Shown here piece after piece: positions 52,226-64,000 of a stretch of DNA of 64,000 bases. The stretch is from Phoronis australis. Its lineage: Eukaryota > Animalia > Phoronida. The translations under genes were made by a program, and so were the position numbers. The notes beneath the pieces were generated by a model. The model did not search any database. It saw only the letters and a program-made list of their open reading frames with translations, and was not told the origin of the DNA. The number at the start of each line of letters is the position of its first letter. Position 1 is the first letter of the stretch. The stretch spans positions 740,585 through 804,584 of the forward strand of contig NMRA01000132.1 of the NCBI GenBank assembly GCA_002633005.1. Direction: 5' to 3'.

Positions 52226-54664
52226 TCATGTTTTGCGCGGGGCATGGGCTCAAGCGAAAACGAACGGTCAATTGTTTTGCAAGAGTAAAACTCTTTTCTC
52301 ATTTAAGTAAGTAATAAATAGAGAGTAAGTTTATAGTGGCGAGTGCTCTTAGTCAAAACTTGTTTCTTAAACGGAACGCTGGTTTATAGCCGCTGTAAAA
52401 CTCTGTTTAATATTACAATAATAAGGAGGCCCAGAACGCAGAAAACAAACTAAATTGCACTATTCAAAGTGGTTCTCACTGAAACAGAATTCAACGTGCT
52501 AACCACCTATTTGTACAGTTTGCTCGTAAAAACTTTGAATTTCAGTTGATGTTAAAGCGTTTTTCTTTTAGTTTCAAATTTCAAAAAACCGTCTATCAAC
52601 TGCTCGTTACTTCGTTAATTTTTGGTGGTACTTTCGTCAAGAATTGTTTGAAACATGTTTTTGGCGACCTTTCGCGTTCCATGCCTCTTTAACGAAGACA
52701 TTTGAGGAGTTTTCTGGGTCTCGTTCCATGAAAGTGACTTAAGACTCAAGGTCGAAATTTGGTCTTTTTGCTGAAAAAGTTTGGCGAAGTAATTCTGAAC
52801 GCTCACACTTGTAGAAGTTATCAGTAATTAGCTGTTATGCATATATTCTCAGAGATTGCACATTTGCTCAAGTGAGATTGGATTACTTTTTGGAAATATA
52901 ATGAATGGAGCATAAGATCAATTTTCTGACTTAAGTCTTCAAGTCATTTTTTTCATGAACAAGACCCATGTACTGAAAATAAAACACTTGTTGAATTGAG
53001 AAGACTGATTCTTAAAGTTCTTGAACCTGCTTGATTTTGACTATATTTTTTTTTCAACGCTCCGGTGCTGAACTTTATAAGACTATGGTTATTATACGTG
53101 TTTTATATGCTATTATTCGTTGTTATTTATTTATATATTCGAGTATGTAATGTAGAATTCTAAGCCTGTCAGATGCTAACGCGTAAGGGTTCGCGTTAAC
53201 GCTTAAACATGAATGTACTAAATAACGCGTTAATTCACTGCCTTAACTCTAAAACGCGACATGCTACACGCATCTGGAAAGTATGGAATTGCAGGTCTGT
53301 TGTTAACACTGCGTATGTGTTTTACACACTAAATAAAACGCTAATCTATAACTAGTTTTGGTTTTATGTCAAGTCAATACAAGAAAACAAGTAATAAACG
53401 CTAACGAACAAGCTCATATCTACAGCACCACAAACTACATACAGAGTCCAGACGTTTCTTTTTATTATTTACTGAATGTAAACGTGTATTACAGAAAACT
53501 CGTCTGCAATAACGTAGCATTCTAAATACCACAAGAATGCAAATCATACATTACCTTACAACGTCAGATGATTGTTATTAAAAATCTGACACTCCTTTCA
53601 AAATGTTCTTTGTTTCCATTATTCGTGATTACACTCCAGATTTTCTAAATAATTTGTTAATTCAACTTCAAAATTTGCGATACATGGTAAATGATTTAGT
53701 ATTCGACGGCAAGAGTATGATATTAGCTAGAGTGATAAAAACAGTCAGTGACCAGTGCTTTAATGGGGCGTAGGTGCACGTGGGCGCAGCCAACCACCTT
53801 TTGGCATTTGAACGTATAGCGCCTACGCACCGTAAGTTACTTTCAGTGCTCAAGGTGATACGATGGGCTTTGGGCGCCTACTTATACCTCTAATTTTACC
53901 ACTACAGCACTGACGGTGACTTAAAGCTGCACCCACTGCATCAAAATGTGACATCGAAATTAGTGCTTGCATATTTCGCTATGAAAAAGAAGTTCGGATT
54001 CCCTATCCCAAAATCTTATGACTAAAGAACAGTAAAAAGTGAACAATACCCGCCGACTACGCTTGACAGAATCTGCATAAATCAGAATCTCCAGCCCCTA
54101 TTTGTAACAATAACGTAGTTGTTCCTATTATTCTATGGGCAATTCTCATCTGCAGCCATTCTAAATATACGTCGTTAAATCATAGTGGGCGTTCTATAAA
54201 ATTGTAATGTTTTGTGGAGAGAGGAGTGAAGAAGACGTCTTTACTTGAACACTACTTTATTGCGGACTGACTAACTACTGCACAACAACAACTAATTGTG
54301 CCATATAAGCAAAGTGTAGTTCCAGTACAAACCACAACACTATTACAAAAATGACTTGCCATTTAAATAACTTGCCATTTAAATAACTTGCCATTTGGCG
54401 TTTGACTTTTTAACTCTAAAATCATATACCTATTTTAGTAAAAATTTAGTTTTTATCAATAAATAATCCACTGAAAAGCGTCGTGTAAAATATCCGAATT
54501 CCCCTATCATACCTGACATCAATGGAAAAAGTGGAAAGTTTGTTAGAAGAAATCCCTTTACATTTAAATAGTTGTCGCACACTTCCCAAAGGCTGTAAAA
54601 CTCAAATTGAATTTGGTGCAAAACTGGGTGTAAGATAAGAATTTCTAGTCTCACATCACAAACT

Positions 54665-54812
54665 CATGGGCGGCGCAGCACTGAAAAACGTGGGGGGAGG
54701 GGGGAAGCCCCCTCAGCCCCCCTGTGGTGCACCGCCTATAGATCACGTGCGGCGTAGCACTGAGTGAAAAAAGTGGGGGCTGGCCCCAGCCCCCTATAGT
54801 ACGCCGCCCATG
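54665..54812. mobile_element. Short GC-rich inverted-repeat element (two tandem subunits)
   Basis: CATGGGCGGCG ... CGCCGCCCATG termini with G-run/C-run internal hairpins. Similar starts at ~803 and ~43356. Confidence 0.6.
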
Positions 54813-55574
54813 AAACTGAATGTCTTTTTAATTCCAAGAACGGTGAATGCACTGAAGTTCATGTGCTATCAGGATGTTAAAGCCTGACAGTGAGTAGAGT
54901 ATTTGTTAGCAATAAACAATGAATTCGAACGGAATGCTGATTGAATACACCTCTGCTGCTTAAAACAAGCACCCCCATCGGACTGAAAGTGAAATGCACT
55001 TCAGATAGCGTTTCTTTCTAGGCCGCACAGTGGGAAATAAAGCTTCTTATACAGTTATTTTCAGTGATATAACGAATGAGTCTTTGTATCATATTTGGAG
55101 AAATTTTGACATAAGATTGCCGTCGGGAGATTTTTTCAATTTCATATCCCTAAAGAAATTTGTGAAAAACATGCATTGTTTCGCTGAAGCGGACCTTTTT
55201 GCCCAATTCGCCAAATTGGATTGCTCATTCGAGCCTCCCCCTGGCCGGTGCCGCACCCATGGACTTGATTGGCTGCCTTGATTTGCTGACTTGATTGGCT
55301 TAGGCCTACGGGCCACACGGGACTAGGCCCTCTTTGATCTCTGTTTATGTTTTGAAATATAGAGTTAAAGCCACGGTTAAGGGCTTTTAATTAAAGAATG
55401 AAAACAATAACATGTGTTACATTTTTTAGAAACTCTACAAGATACAGAGAGAGTAAAAGCCACAAATGGGATTGAGAGTCTTTTAAAATTGGTTTGAATG
55501 AATGAAATGTACGGCCTATGAATTTGGCCTTTCTTCTGTTCTACCTGGAGAGTCCGTAACCAACCCATAGACAT

Positions 55575-55876
55575 GCGAAAAGGCCACGCTTCTTTTCCCT
55601 ACTACACCCGGAAGAGCTGGGATCTGTGCGCGCGCAGGGAGGTCAACCTACCGGATGCTCTATGTGACCTCCTTCTGCTTTCCGACTGAGACAGAAAGTC
55701 AACTGCGATTTCAAGCGATTATTTAGCGAAAATCTACCTGCCTTACTACTTCTACTGCAAAATTACTCGATTGTGCTCATTGTTCACGTGTTTAGGATTC
55801 CTGTTGTGTAGTTGTAATCACTTTGTTGTGTATCATCTTTCAGTTTGAACGTNGAAAAGAAGCGTGGCCTTTTCGC
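55575..55876. mobile_element. Mutator-like MITE, 23-bp TIR, 9-bp TSD
   Basis: GCGAAAAGGCCACGCTTCTTTTC ... GAAAAGAAGCGTGGCCTTTTCGC, flanked by CATAGACAT at 55566-55574 and 55877-55885. Confidence 0.88.
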
Positions 55877-56346
55877 CATAGACATTGATCAACCAACGTG
55901 AAATGTTTGCTGCAAACTACAGGTACCTTGAGTTGAATGGGAATTGGATAAAATTAGGCTGACAGTGTCATATTTTAATATGAACTTTCGCATGGAAGAG
56001 CACTTGGATTCGTCTTTGTACTCTGAGCCCGGGGCTACATGCACTGTCCAGGCAGACGAATTTCCCACGACTCAGCCATGGCATAACTCCATAAGATATA
56101 AGAAACATATGTTTATTAAACTTTTGCCTTAGAGGGCCTTAGGTGTTAGCGTGCCAGTTCCGTATCACTGATCAAACCTACTTTCAGTGATAAATTAAGC
56201 ATAGTCCTAGTACTAGGCTACCACTGATACAAGTAAAGAAGGAAGTGATTGCGTAGGCCATAACATTGCTACGGCTTCGTAGTCAGACGAGGTTTGCAAC
56301 CTTGCTGTAATTACAACATGACGCTCGTGTCAGTCATTGTAATTGG

Positions 56347-57398
56347 TAGCCTTGGTACAAAGCTGTATATATATATAAATATACAGCTTTGCACCGATGT
56401 GGGTAAAAACGGGCAAGGTGAGTGTCGGTTGACTCCCAGATTTTGCATGCACACCGTCCGGTCTTTAGCTTTACATGTTGATACAAGTTTCACAGCGCGA
56501 TGACGAGCAGAACTACACTGGCTGCGTGCAATTTCGGGGTCTACGGAAGAAATAAACGCAGTGGGACCTAGCCAGCAAGCTAGCTGTATGAAGACTGTCG
56601 TCAAAATACAGCTAGGTCCCACTGCGTGTATTTCTTCCGTAGACACCGAAATTGCATGCAGCCAGTGTAGTTCTGCTCGTCACCGCGCCGTGAAACTCGT
56701 ATCAACATGTAAAGCTAAAGACCGGACGGTGTGCATGCAAAATCTGGGAGTCAACCGACACTCACCTTGCCCGTTACAGCCGTTTAAGTGAAAAGCAATG
56801 CAATAAACGTCATTTTCTTGCGTAACTCTCTGCCTTTTCTAACAATGAAACGTATTTCGTCGTTTTGAAAACAGTACGCTCGTGTCACGCGCACGCGCCA
56901 TTTCCTAAATTTTTGCGACATCTCTCGGGAGATAATGATAGCTTGGAAGCAACAAAATTTCTTCTGAAATTCGATTTTTCGGTACCAAAATTCTAAAAAC
57001 TTTTAATGAGGTGAAACCAGTTCTGATAATTTGTTGTGACGTGTACGCAACCTAGTGAAAGAACAACAGTTGATTGAAGAATCGGCGAAAAAATAAACTG
57101 GCCAATAGGTGACGCAAAATTTCATGGCGCTGAAAGCGATCGCTAAAGATCACTCCACAACTTAAGCAGCAGAATAACGGCAGAACGCCATTTTTGCCAA
57201 CACCGTTAAATAATTTAAATTTCTCAAGGAAGACTGTAGTTTTTAACGACGCTAATTTTGTGTCAGTTTTTATCTTACCACTTTTTTACCCGCATCGGTG
57301 CAAAGCTGTATATTTATATATATACAGCTTTGTACCAAGGCTAAGTGGGACCTAGCTGTATTTTGACGACAGTCTTCATACAGCTAGCTGGCTGGCTA
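56347..57398 (+). mobile_element. Academ(H)-like non-autonomous element, outer copy
   Basis: Ends TAGCCTTGGTAC...GCTGGCTGGCTA (5-bp TIR TAGCC). 9-bp TSD TGTAATTGG at 56338-56346 and 57399-57407. Strand is relative orientation only. Confidence 0.8.
56569..57343 (-). mobile_element. Second copy of the same family nested in inverted orientation
   Basis: TAGCCAGC...GTACCAAGGCTA, flanked by 9-bp TSD AGTGGGACC at 56560-56568 and 57344-57352. Confidence 0.85.
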
Positions 57399-58337
57399 TG
57401 TAATTGGCTGCTGCTTGACCTTTCATCAGGTTCACTTATTGTCTTACCCTGATCGAATGTCAAGCAACAGGTAATCATGTGCGTCACGACGTAGTGGATT
57501 GAAAACCTCAATAGACTGGTGCATCTGTGTAGCTGTGTTAAAATGTAAAAAGCATATGCAATTACTTGATCCCTTATTTGCTTACAGTGTATACTACAAG
57601 GTATATTCTAAAAGATCAGACTTTATAAGCTTCCATGCTTTTTCGCAAGTTCTAGTATTCGACAAATCATGGGTATACTTTACCTGGTTGAAAATTTCTT
57701 CTTTTTTCTGTGTTTCAAAAATTAGTGGATAATTTTTGCATTTTTCTTCACTCCTTCAATGTCGGTTCCTGATCATTGAAGCTTCAGATCACAGGTTTAT
57801 AAAGCAGCTGATGAAGTCTATTATAGTTTAGGCAATGGCACATCGTAATCCAGTGTTTACTGGAAGATTTTCTGAAAATTGCACTCAACTGTAGCTAAAC
57901 TCTCAAAGTCACATTATTATTTGTATCCTTCGAGTGTAGAAGACTTAGTGGATACCTTTCGATGAAGTTAAAGTCTTTAACATAATTGTTATGAGGCGTG
58001 ATTCTAGTGCCTGTGATTTGTATGAATGTGCTAAACACAGCTTTGCACCGACATGGGTAAACAGTGAGTATTTCTGACACTGCTCTTTTAGTAAACTGAA
58101 TTGGTTACCGGTGACGATCAGAATTACCCTGACGGTATATAATTTTGAAAGTTTCATAAACTTATACTGCTAGTTGGCTGGCTAGGACTGGGATAGTCGT
58201 GAATTTGTGATTTTGGGGGAAAAATCGTAAAGTTGCATTTCTTGGTGAATTTTTTGGCACGTCTATTTTTTCCTGTGAATATAGCAAAGCAAACAGACAA
58301 GGCTGGATTTGATCATCCTTGAGAAATACCATCGAGT

Positions 58338-58400
58338 TAGCCAGCTAGCTAGGTGGCTGAACGTGACAGAACACAGCTATACAGGATTGTACCAAGGCTA
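58338..58400 (-). mobile_element. 63-bp minimal copy of the same Academ-like family
   Basis: TAGCCAGCTAGC...TGTACCAAGGCTA, flanked by CCATCGAGT / CCATTGAGT (9-bp TSD, 1 mismatch). Confidence 0.75.
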
Positions 58401-58692
58401 CCATTGAGTGTGCTCCTTTATGTTATGCGATTTTTTAGCATCTTGAGAAAAAGTGAAAACAAGGGGTTTTGTAGGCACCTAGTCAAATATAACTGGAATC
58501 ACTGAATAATGGGACCATTATTCAGTGGATGGAATTGGCTCTAAATCAAGGATTGCTCTATTCAACTAGTGTCAAGATCAGCTACTCAATCTGTGGTCTT
58601 TGCCTTTGACAACTAGGACATTTTTCATGCTCAAACTCATTTACAGGTTTCATTCACAAAGCTGAAGTTGCTTAAAGACATGGTAAGGTGCT

Positions 58693-61600
58693 ATGTTGGC
58701 GCCAGAGAGACAGCGCTTGAGCGATGACGAAAAACGTGTGAAAAACTGGAAGAGGTGGGGTCCATATTTGTCAGAACGCCAGTGGGGTACAGTTAGAGAA
58801 GACTACTCTGAGGACGGCTCGTGGTGAGGCTTGTCACCTACGTAACTCACTTCATTGAGTGATGATAAGTTGTTTACGGCTGATTAGTCCACTTTCACAC
58901 ATTGCTGGTTCACAGCGGTTCGGTAAGGAACGTAGATAATCCAGTGTTTATTTTTTGTGTTAAGGTACGGCATTTATTTACTTTGGCAATGATATTGACT
59001 GTTTAAAAAATTTCAGCCTGTGACACTTTATAAAACTGCTGTGAAACTTATCCCAGGCAAAAGGTGTGTCATTACACTATAGTATACTTGAACATGATGT
59101 GAACTCATTAGCAACTTGGTGCAAGTTTAACATTACAGTCACTGTAGTAACTTTAAGGTGTTGGGAGTCAGTATAGATACACCACGGAGCCACACCGTGG
59201 CGCTGGGGTTAAAGCCAAGCATTCTTGCACATTCTTGTAAATTTTTGTGGAGTGCTTACAATCATCACACTCAACTGGTAAGATGGTCATTAATATTTCA
59301 GTCCTCACCGAGGCTTAGATAGTTCGTGGATTACTTTGTTTGGAGAAGTAAACCTGTGCTCTTTCCTTCAGTTCCACGATAATAAAGCAAAAAATTTTTA
59401 AGTACACAGAGCATCTATTGGAAGAACTTTTCTGAAAAGTCTTGACCTGAAAGTTAGGCCATGTCAACTAGAGAATGGGTTGAGATCCATTCTAGCCTAT
59501 ATAATTGTGTGCTTGCAACTACTCCAAAATTTAATGGTTTGTTTCTTCCAGCTGGGACTATTTTTCACATGATCAGTCACGTAGTCGGGCCTACAGATGG
59601 GGCGAGGATGGGTTACTGGGTATATCCGACCGGCAGTGCAGACTGTGTTTAAGTCTGGCCTTATGGAATGGATCTGACCCCATCCTGAAAGAGAGGCTAT
59701 ATGGTTTGACAGGTCCTCAGGTACGTAGTTAAAAATAATCGTGTGTATTCTGTTTGGTTCTATAGTGCCTCATTCAAATGTTATTCAAGTCTTCTAGACC
59801 TTTCCTATATCTTTGAGACCGACCAGCACATTTCTCTATGAATTCACTAAATAAATCTTTTTGTATCATTACTAGTAAATGTGTACATTGTACTCTCAGT
59901 TTTACACGACTTGTAGATAAGTGAATTTTACTTCTTTGTCAACTACATGACAGCTGCACTATAGCAAAAATGACCTGTTTTTATTAATGAACTTTAATAA
60001 CAATTCAAATTTGCCAGAGACAATAGCAAGTCACCATGTACCCACTGAAATAATATTGTATATTAGGTTTTCATTCTGGACAAGTTATACTATTGTTATA
60101 CAAAACATGATGAGATCCCTTGTCGTTTGAGACATTCTTTGTTAATGACAGTTTCAGATGGTATAAACCCAATTTCTGTCAGAAAAATCACTTTTAATTT
60201 CGACTGCTTGAAGCTGATTTCAAGTTGATCATTACTGTGATGGTATTTGAACTCTGGGCAATAGTCTGGTATAACGTGCCCGTATTTTGAGAACCAGTTT
60301 GATCAGAAAACTCGTTCTCAAAATTTGGGCACGTTATATCAGACCTGACCTCTGAGGTTGGGAGGAACTGACAGTTTGTTGCTGCTTGAGACAATGCTTG
60401 TCACATAGAGTCACTTTACTGGCCGAACTGACGTGCATGCAGATCTTAAACTTCAACAAACTGTCTGCTCTTTCCAAAGCCAAAAATTCTGACTGAGTAA
60501 GAAACAAGTTGTGACCAGTTTTAAAGCTCTAAGTAGTCTAAATCAAAAGTTATAATTTATTTGACCTTCGCATGTTACTTGACAGAGTAATAGTCTGATA
60601 TAATGTGCCTGCATTTGAGAACCAGTTTTCTACACTGAATATCAGGCATCAACCCGTTCTCAAAATGTGAGTATGTTATACCAGATTACTGCTCTTTACA
60701 GTGTAGAACAAAAATGCAGGTGAGAACTGGTGCAGTTTTGCTTGTCTCAGGGAAACCATGGTGAAGATGTGAAGGAACTGTATTACTATTTGGACTCGAC
60801 TCCAACTCACTCATACATGAAGGCAGTGTACAAGTACCCCCAGCAGCAGTACCCCTACAGTCAGTTGGAGTCAGAGAACAGGAGGAGAACTGTACGACAA
60901 CGAGAGTATGAGATTGAAGACACAGGTATTAAAGCATTGACATGTTATCTTGCGTTGACATGCTTTTTTGTACTGACATGATATCTTGAATTGACATCAT
61001 GATATTTTGAATTGACATGCTATCTTGCACTGACATGCTTTTTTGTACTGACATGATATCTTGAATTGACATCATGATATTTTGAATTGACATGCTAATC
61101 TTGCACTGACATGCTCTTTTGTACTGACATGATATCTTGAATTGACATCATGATATTTTGAATTAACATCATGATATTTTGAATTGACATGCTATCTTGC
61201 TCTGACATGCTGTGTTGTACTGACATGATATCATTGTCTTGCCGTGTTATCCTGAATTGACATGTTATGTTACATTGACATACTATCTTGAAGCGACATG
61301 TTATCTTATTATAGGAAATTAATGATCAAAATGCCCAGTAAGATGATGAAAAATTATAATGACTAGTTAACTGCTTATCGGTTGTCGTATTTACGATAAA
61401 ATTTTATTTTGACTTTTTAATTACTCCTGCTAGTACTGTTGGTATATTAGTGCATAGATGCATTATAATTAGGATTAAATTTGATTTGATGTCAGTTTTG
61501 ATTGTAAGGATGTTTTGTGTGATCTATTTTTGAAGTATTTTCTGAAAAAATGGGGACCCAGTTTCCAACCAGTTTTATTTATTCGCTTGACTAATTCAGT

Positions 61601-63550
61601 TTAATTTTTTCATTTTTGTTATCCTTTAATTGATGTTATTCTCCCATTGAGCTGGTAAACTTTATAAAATGAAGCACTCGGGCTTTAGTATTGTACAAAG
61701 ACCATTTGAATAATTTGAGTTTTGACATGATTCTGCTACTAAATATTACCTACTGTGCTCTTATTTCAGACTTGAACAATTTTTCAAGAAATGGCGGCCA
61801 GTCTTAGTTGCAAAGATATGTCTGTATTCAGGTAATTTTTTATTTTGCTTTCAGGTGTGTTTGATGGTGACCGTTATTGGGACGTGGTGGCGGAGTATGC
61901 CAAGAGATCGCCCAATGATATCTTGTGTAAATACACGGTGTACAACCGGGGCCAAGACGAGGCAACAATACACGTTATACCACAGCTCTGGTATCGTAAC
62001 ACATGGATATGGGGATGTAAACATGAGGTGAGTGTCTACTCTACAAGTTCTACCTTGAAATTGGTTTATCCGTAATCACTGTGGGTTTGGTCATTTTGTT
62101 AACAATCAACTAAATAATTTGACATTGATGTAAAAATTTGTAAACAATCCGAATAATGCCTTAGGTTCATAAGTTAGTGAGAGGGCACTTAATCTGAACC
62201 ACACAGTCGCCTGGGTCACCTATGACCTTCAAAATTGAAATCCACCGACCGAAAATTTAAACAATTTGTCACAAGGCTAGTTTCTGATGCTGACGCGAAA
62301 GTTAAATCAGTGCTCTCTTACTGGCATGTGTATTCTGGGAGCTAAGAAATTAAACTCGAGAAAGGAGAAAATAAGTAAGTGTTGAAAAAATATCAGCCAC
62401 CCTTTAAGACTGACACTTCATCTGGTGGACATCAAAGTCATTGAAGATGCAATGTTAGATAAATCTAAGAACAAACTCCGTCCTTTCATCCAGATTTTAC
62501 GTCTCAGATGGTTGAAAAAATCTGGTTGTGTGTTTCTTTTTCAGGGCTGCACTATGAAGCCAAGAATGAAAGCTGTAAATAAATATCTTGTAAACTGTAG
62601 TCATGAAACGTTAGGTGAGCTAAATTTTGTGCTTGCAATCTTTGTTTTGATTAAAAAATTGTTGAAATTTTGTTTTCTTATTATGGATTTTGATTTGGCT
62701 ATGGTAAAAGCTACGTCACTGGAAAAGTAAATTTAAATCCTCAAGAAAGTAGCTAAAATTAATTTTTGTGCTGTGAAATGTTGGCAATTTTTTAACAAGA
62801 AGATGTTTTTTAAGCAAAGTAGTTGACGATGTGAGATCACTTTTCCATTCTTAATTTGAGAGTCTCTGCCAAATCTCTTTGAAACATTACTTTTATCCTG
62901 AGGCTCCTGGCTATTGGATTAATTTTGGTTACACTTTGTTTGTGTGAAGTTTTCTCTTTGATTAGAAGTCATTCTCCAATTCCATTGCCATTTAGCTTAG
63001 AGGTGATCCCCATAGAGGCTTAGAATTTTGGGGATGGTTGTAAGTCATGGGTGTTGTTCACAAACAATAAGCCTTTGGAAATTATGAAAGTAGTTCTTTG
63101 TTAACCTTGCCTTAACCACACAGCTGTTTCAGTTGGGCTGTGTAACTACTAAACAAAGCTTAACATTGGGTTATGGTCTTGGCTGAGGAGACAATTGATT
63201 TATTACCTGGGAATGGGGATTGTTCCACAAATTTGTTGAATGTGTCATGATTGGGAGCATCGGAACTGAAATATCCAGTTGTTTTGTGCTGAATGTTGTG
63301 AGCTGAAATATAAGTACTGTATAGAATTTTTTATTTTATTTACTTCTGGGTTTTTTGTGGCTGGCTTGAACCTTTTCTAGCTTTCACCCATTTGTTGTAG
63401 GTAAAACCTCATGGGCTCTGTCTGAGGCATCTAACGGTACTAAACCAAAGTTGATATTCACTGAGAATGAGACAAACTCAAAGAAGTTATTTGGTGTTGA
63501 CAACTATACTACTTATACTAAAGACGCATTCCACAGGCATGTGATTGATG
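58693..63550 (+). CDS. GH63-type / YMR196W-like (MGH1-like) glycoside hydrolase, 5' part; the gene continues past the window
   Basis: Exons 58693-58823, 59552-59720, 60751-60925, 61855-62027, 62545-62614 and 63401-63550, all GT-AG with consistent phases. Motifs: [98 protein letters not shown]. Confidence 0.92.
60261..60690. repeat. Two copies of a ~90-bp palindromic mini-element (60261-60347, 60589-60690)
   Basis: AGTCTG(G/A)TATAA.GTGCC..TTTGAGAAC / GTTCTCAAAA..GTTATA.CAGA hairpin occurs twice in one intron. Confidence 0.65.
60935..61305. repeat. TGACATG-based degenerate minisatellite with higher-order structure
   Basis: Units of ~17-20 bp starting TGACAT, repeated in blocks directly after a splice donor. 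Confidence 0.9.
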
Positions 63551-63834
63551 GTTAGTAATCAGCTTTACTGTTAGACAATGTTAAATCACCCACATCTCTT
63601 CCATCCGTCATCTATTCGCACATCTGTCATTACCTTTGCTTGTCTGGTAATTTTATCATAAATCAGTTGATTTTTGAAATAGCTGTGCCATATTGAAATT
63701 CACTATCCCGCCAGATGGCAATTAAGTCTTTTTTGGACAGGCATTCAGCACCACCTACAGATCCCATGTAATAGTAATGATAGGTTTCAACCTGTGGGTG
63801 CAAAAATCGTTTGAATGCCTTTCCTGCTATCATA

Positions 63835-63993
63835 ATGCCGGCAAATTTTCACTGCTGTGTGTTGGGATGTAATAAGGCAAACCTTCTGAAATACCAATGG
63901 ATGAACAGGGACATGTTTCATACATTTCCCACTGTGAAGAAGAATCCGCGACAAAGCCAGTGGCTGCCTCTGATTCAGCGGGAGAATATTTGA
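63835..63993 (+). pseudogene. THAP domain remnant (DNA transposon-derived) in an intron
   Basis: MPANFHCCVLGCNK..KYQWMNRDMFHTFPTVKKNPRQSQWLPLIQREN contains C-x-V-x-G-C, F-H-x-F-P and the conserved W; it resembles the 46.4 kb remnant. Confidence 0.7.
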
Positions 63994-64000
63994 TCCTGCC

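Noticed and set aside
51952-52314. Repetitive ORFs, or a CRISPR-like reading, of the 26-bp array
   Set aside because: Head-to-tail minisatellite with no spacers; the unit length is not a multiple of 3 and there are no splice signals.
56294-56791. Mirror-image ORFs on both strands
   Set aside because: A by-product of the inverted nested transposon copies.
5038-63550. Functional link between the glycopeptide gene, SLC22 transporter and glycosidase as a cluster
   Set aside because: Adjacency in an animal genome is not evidence of a shared pathway, and nothing in the sequence supports co-regulation.

Overview
Eukaryotic, intron-rich, TE-rich genomic DNA, probably from an invertebrate animal (taxon inferred, not established). 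The main discovery is invisible to the ORF track. The ~21 kb 'tandem repeat' at ~6.0-27.0 kb is the body of a spliced + strand gene. A signal-peptide exon (5038-5101) is followed by 28 intact, symmetric phase-1, 27-nt microexons (ttcAG|27 nt|GTaag) and 7 broken copies. Each encodes a 9-aa unit such as ATIAKRFTN or ATFAKRLSN, and 23 of the 28 units carry a KR/RR dibasic site. An N-x-T glycosylation sequon is created across most exon-exon junctions. This suggests a secreted polyprotein precursor of short glycopeptides, or a densely N-glycosylated cationic protein, amplified as a ~2.23 kb higher-order intron-exon repeat. The window also holds a complete 9-exon SLC22-type transporter gene (33402-51392) and the 5' part of a GH63/YMR196W-like glycosidase gene (58693 to beyond the window). 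Mobile DNA includes a 5'-truncated L1/Tx1-type LINE with a 15-bp TSD, a Ty3/Gypsy 3' fragment with PPT and LTR, a self-nested Academ-like element with 9-bp TSDs, several MITEs, THAP remnants and simple repeats. All calls were read by eye; no searches were run.
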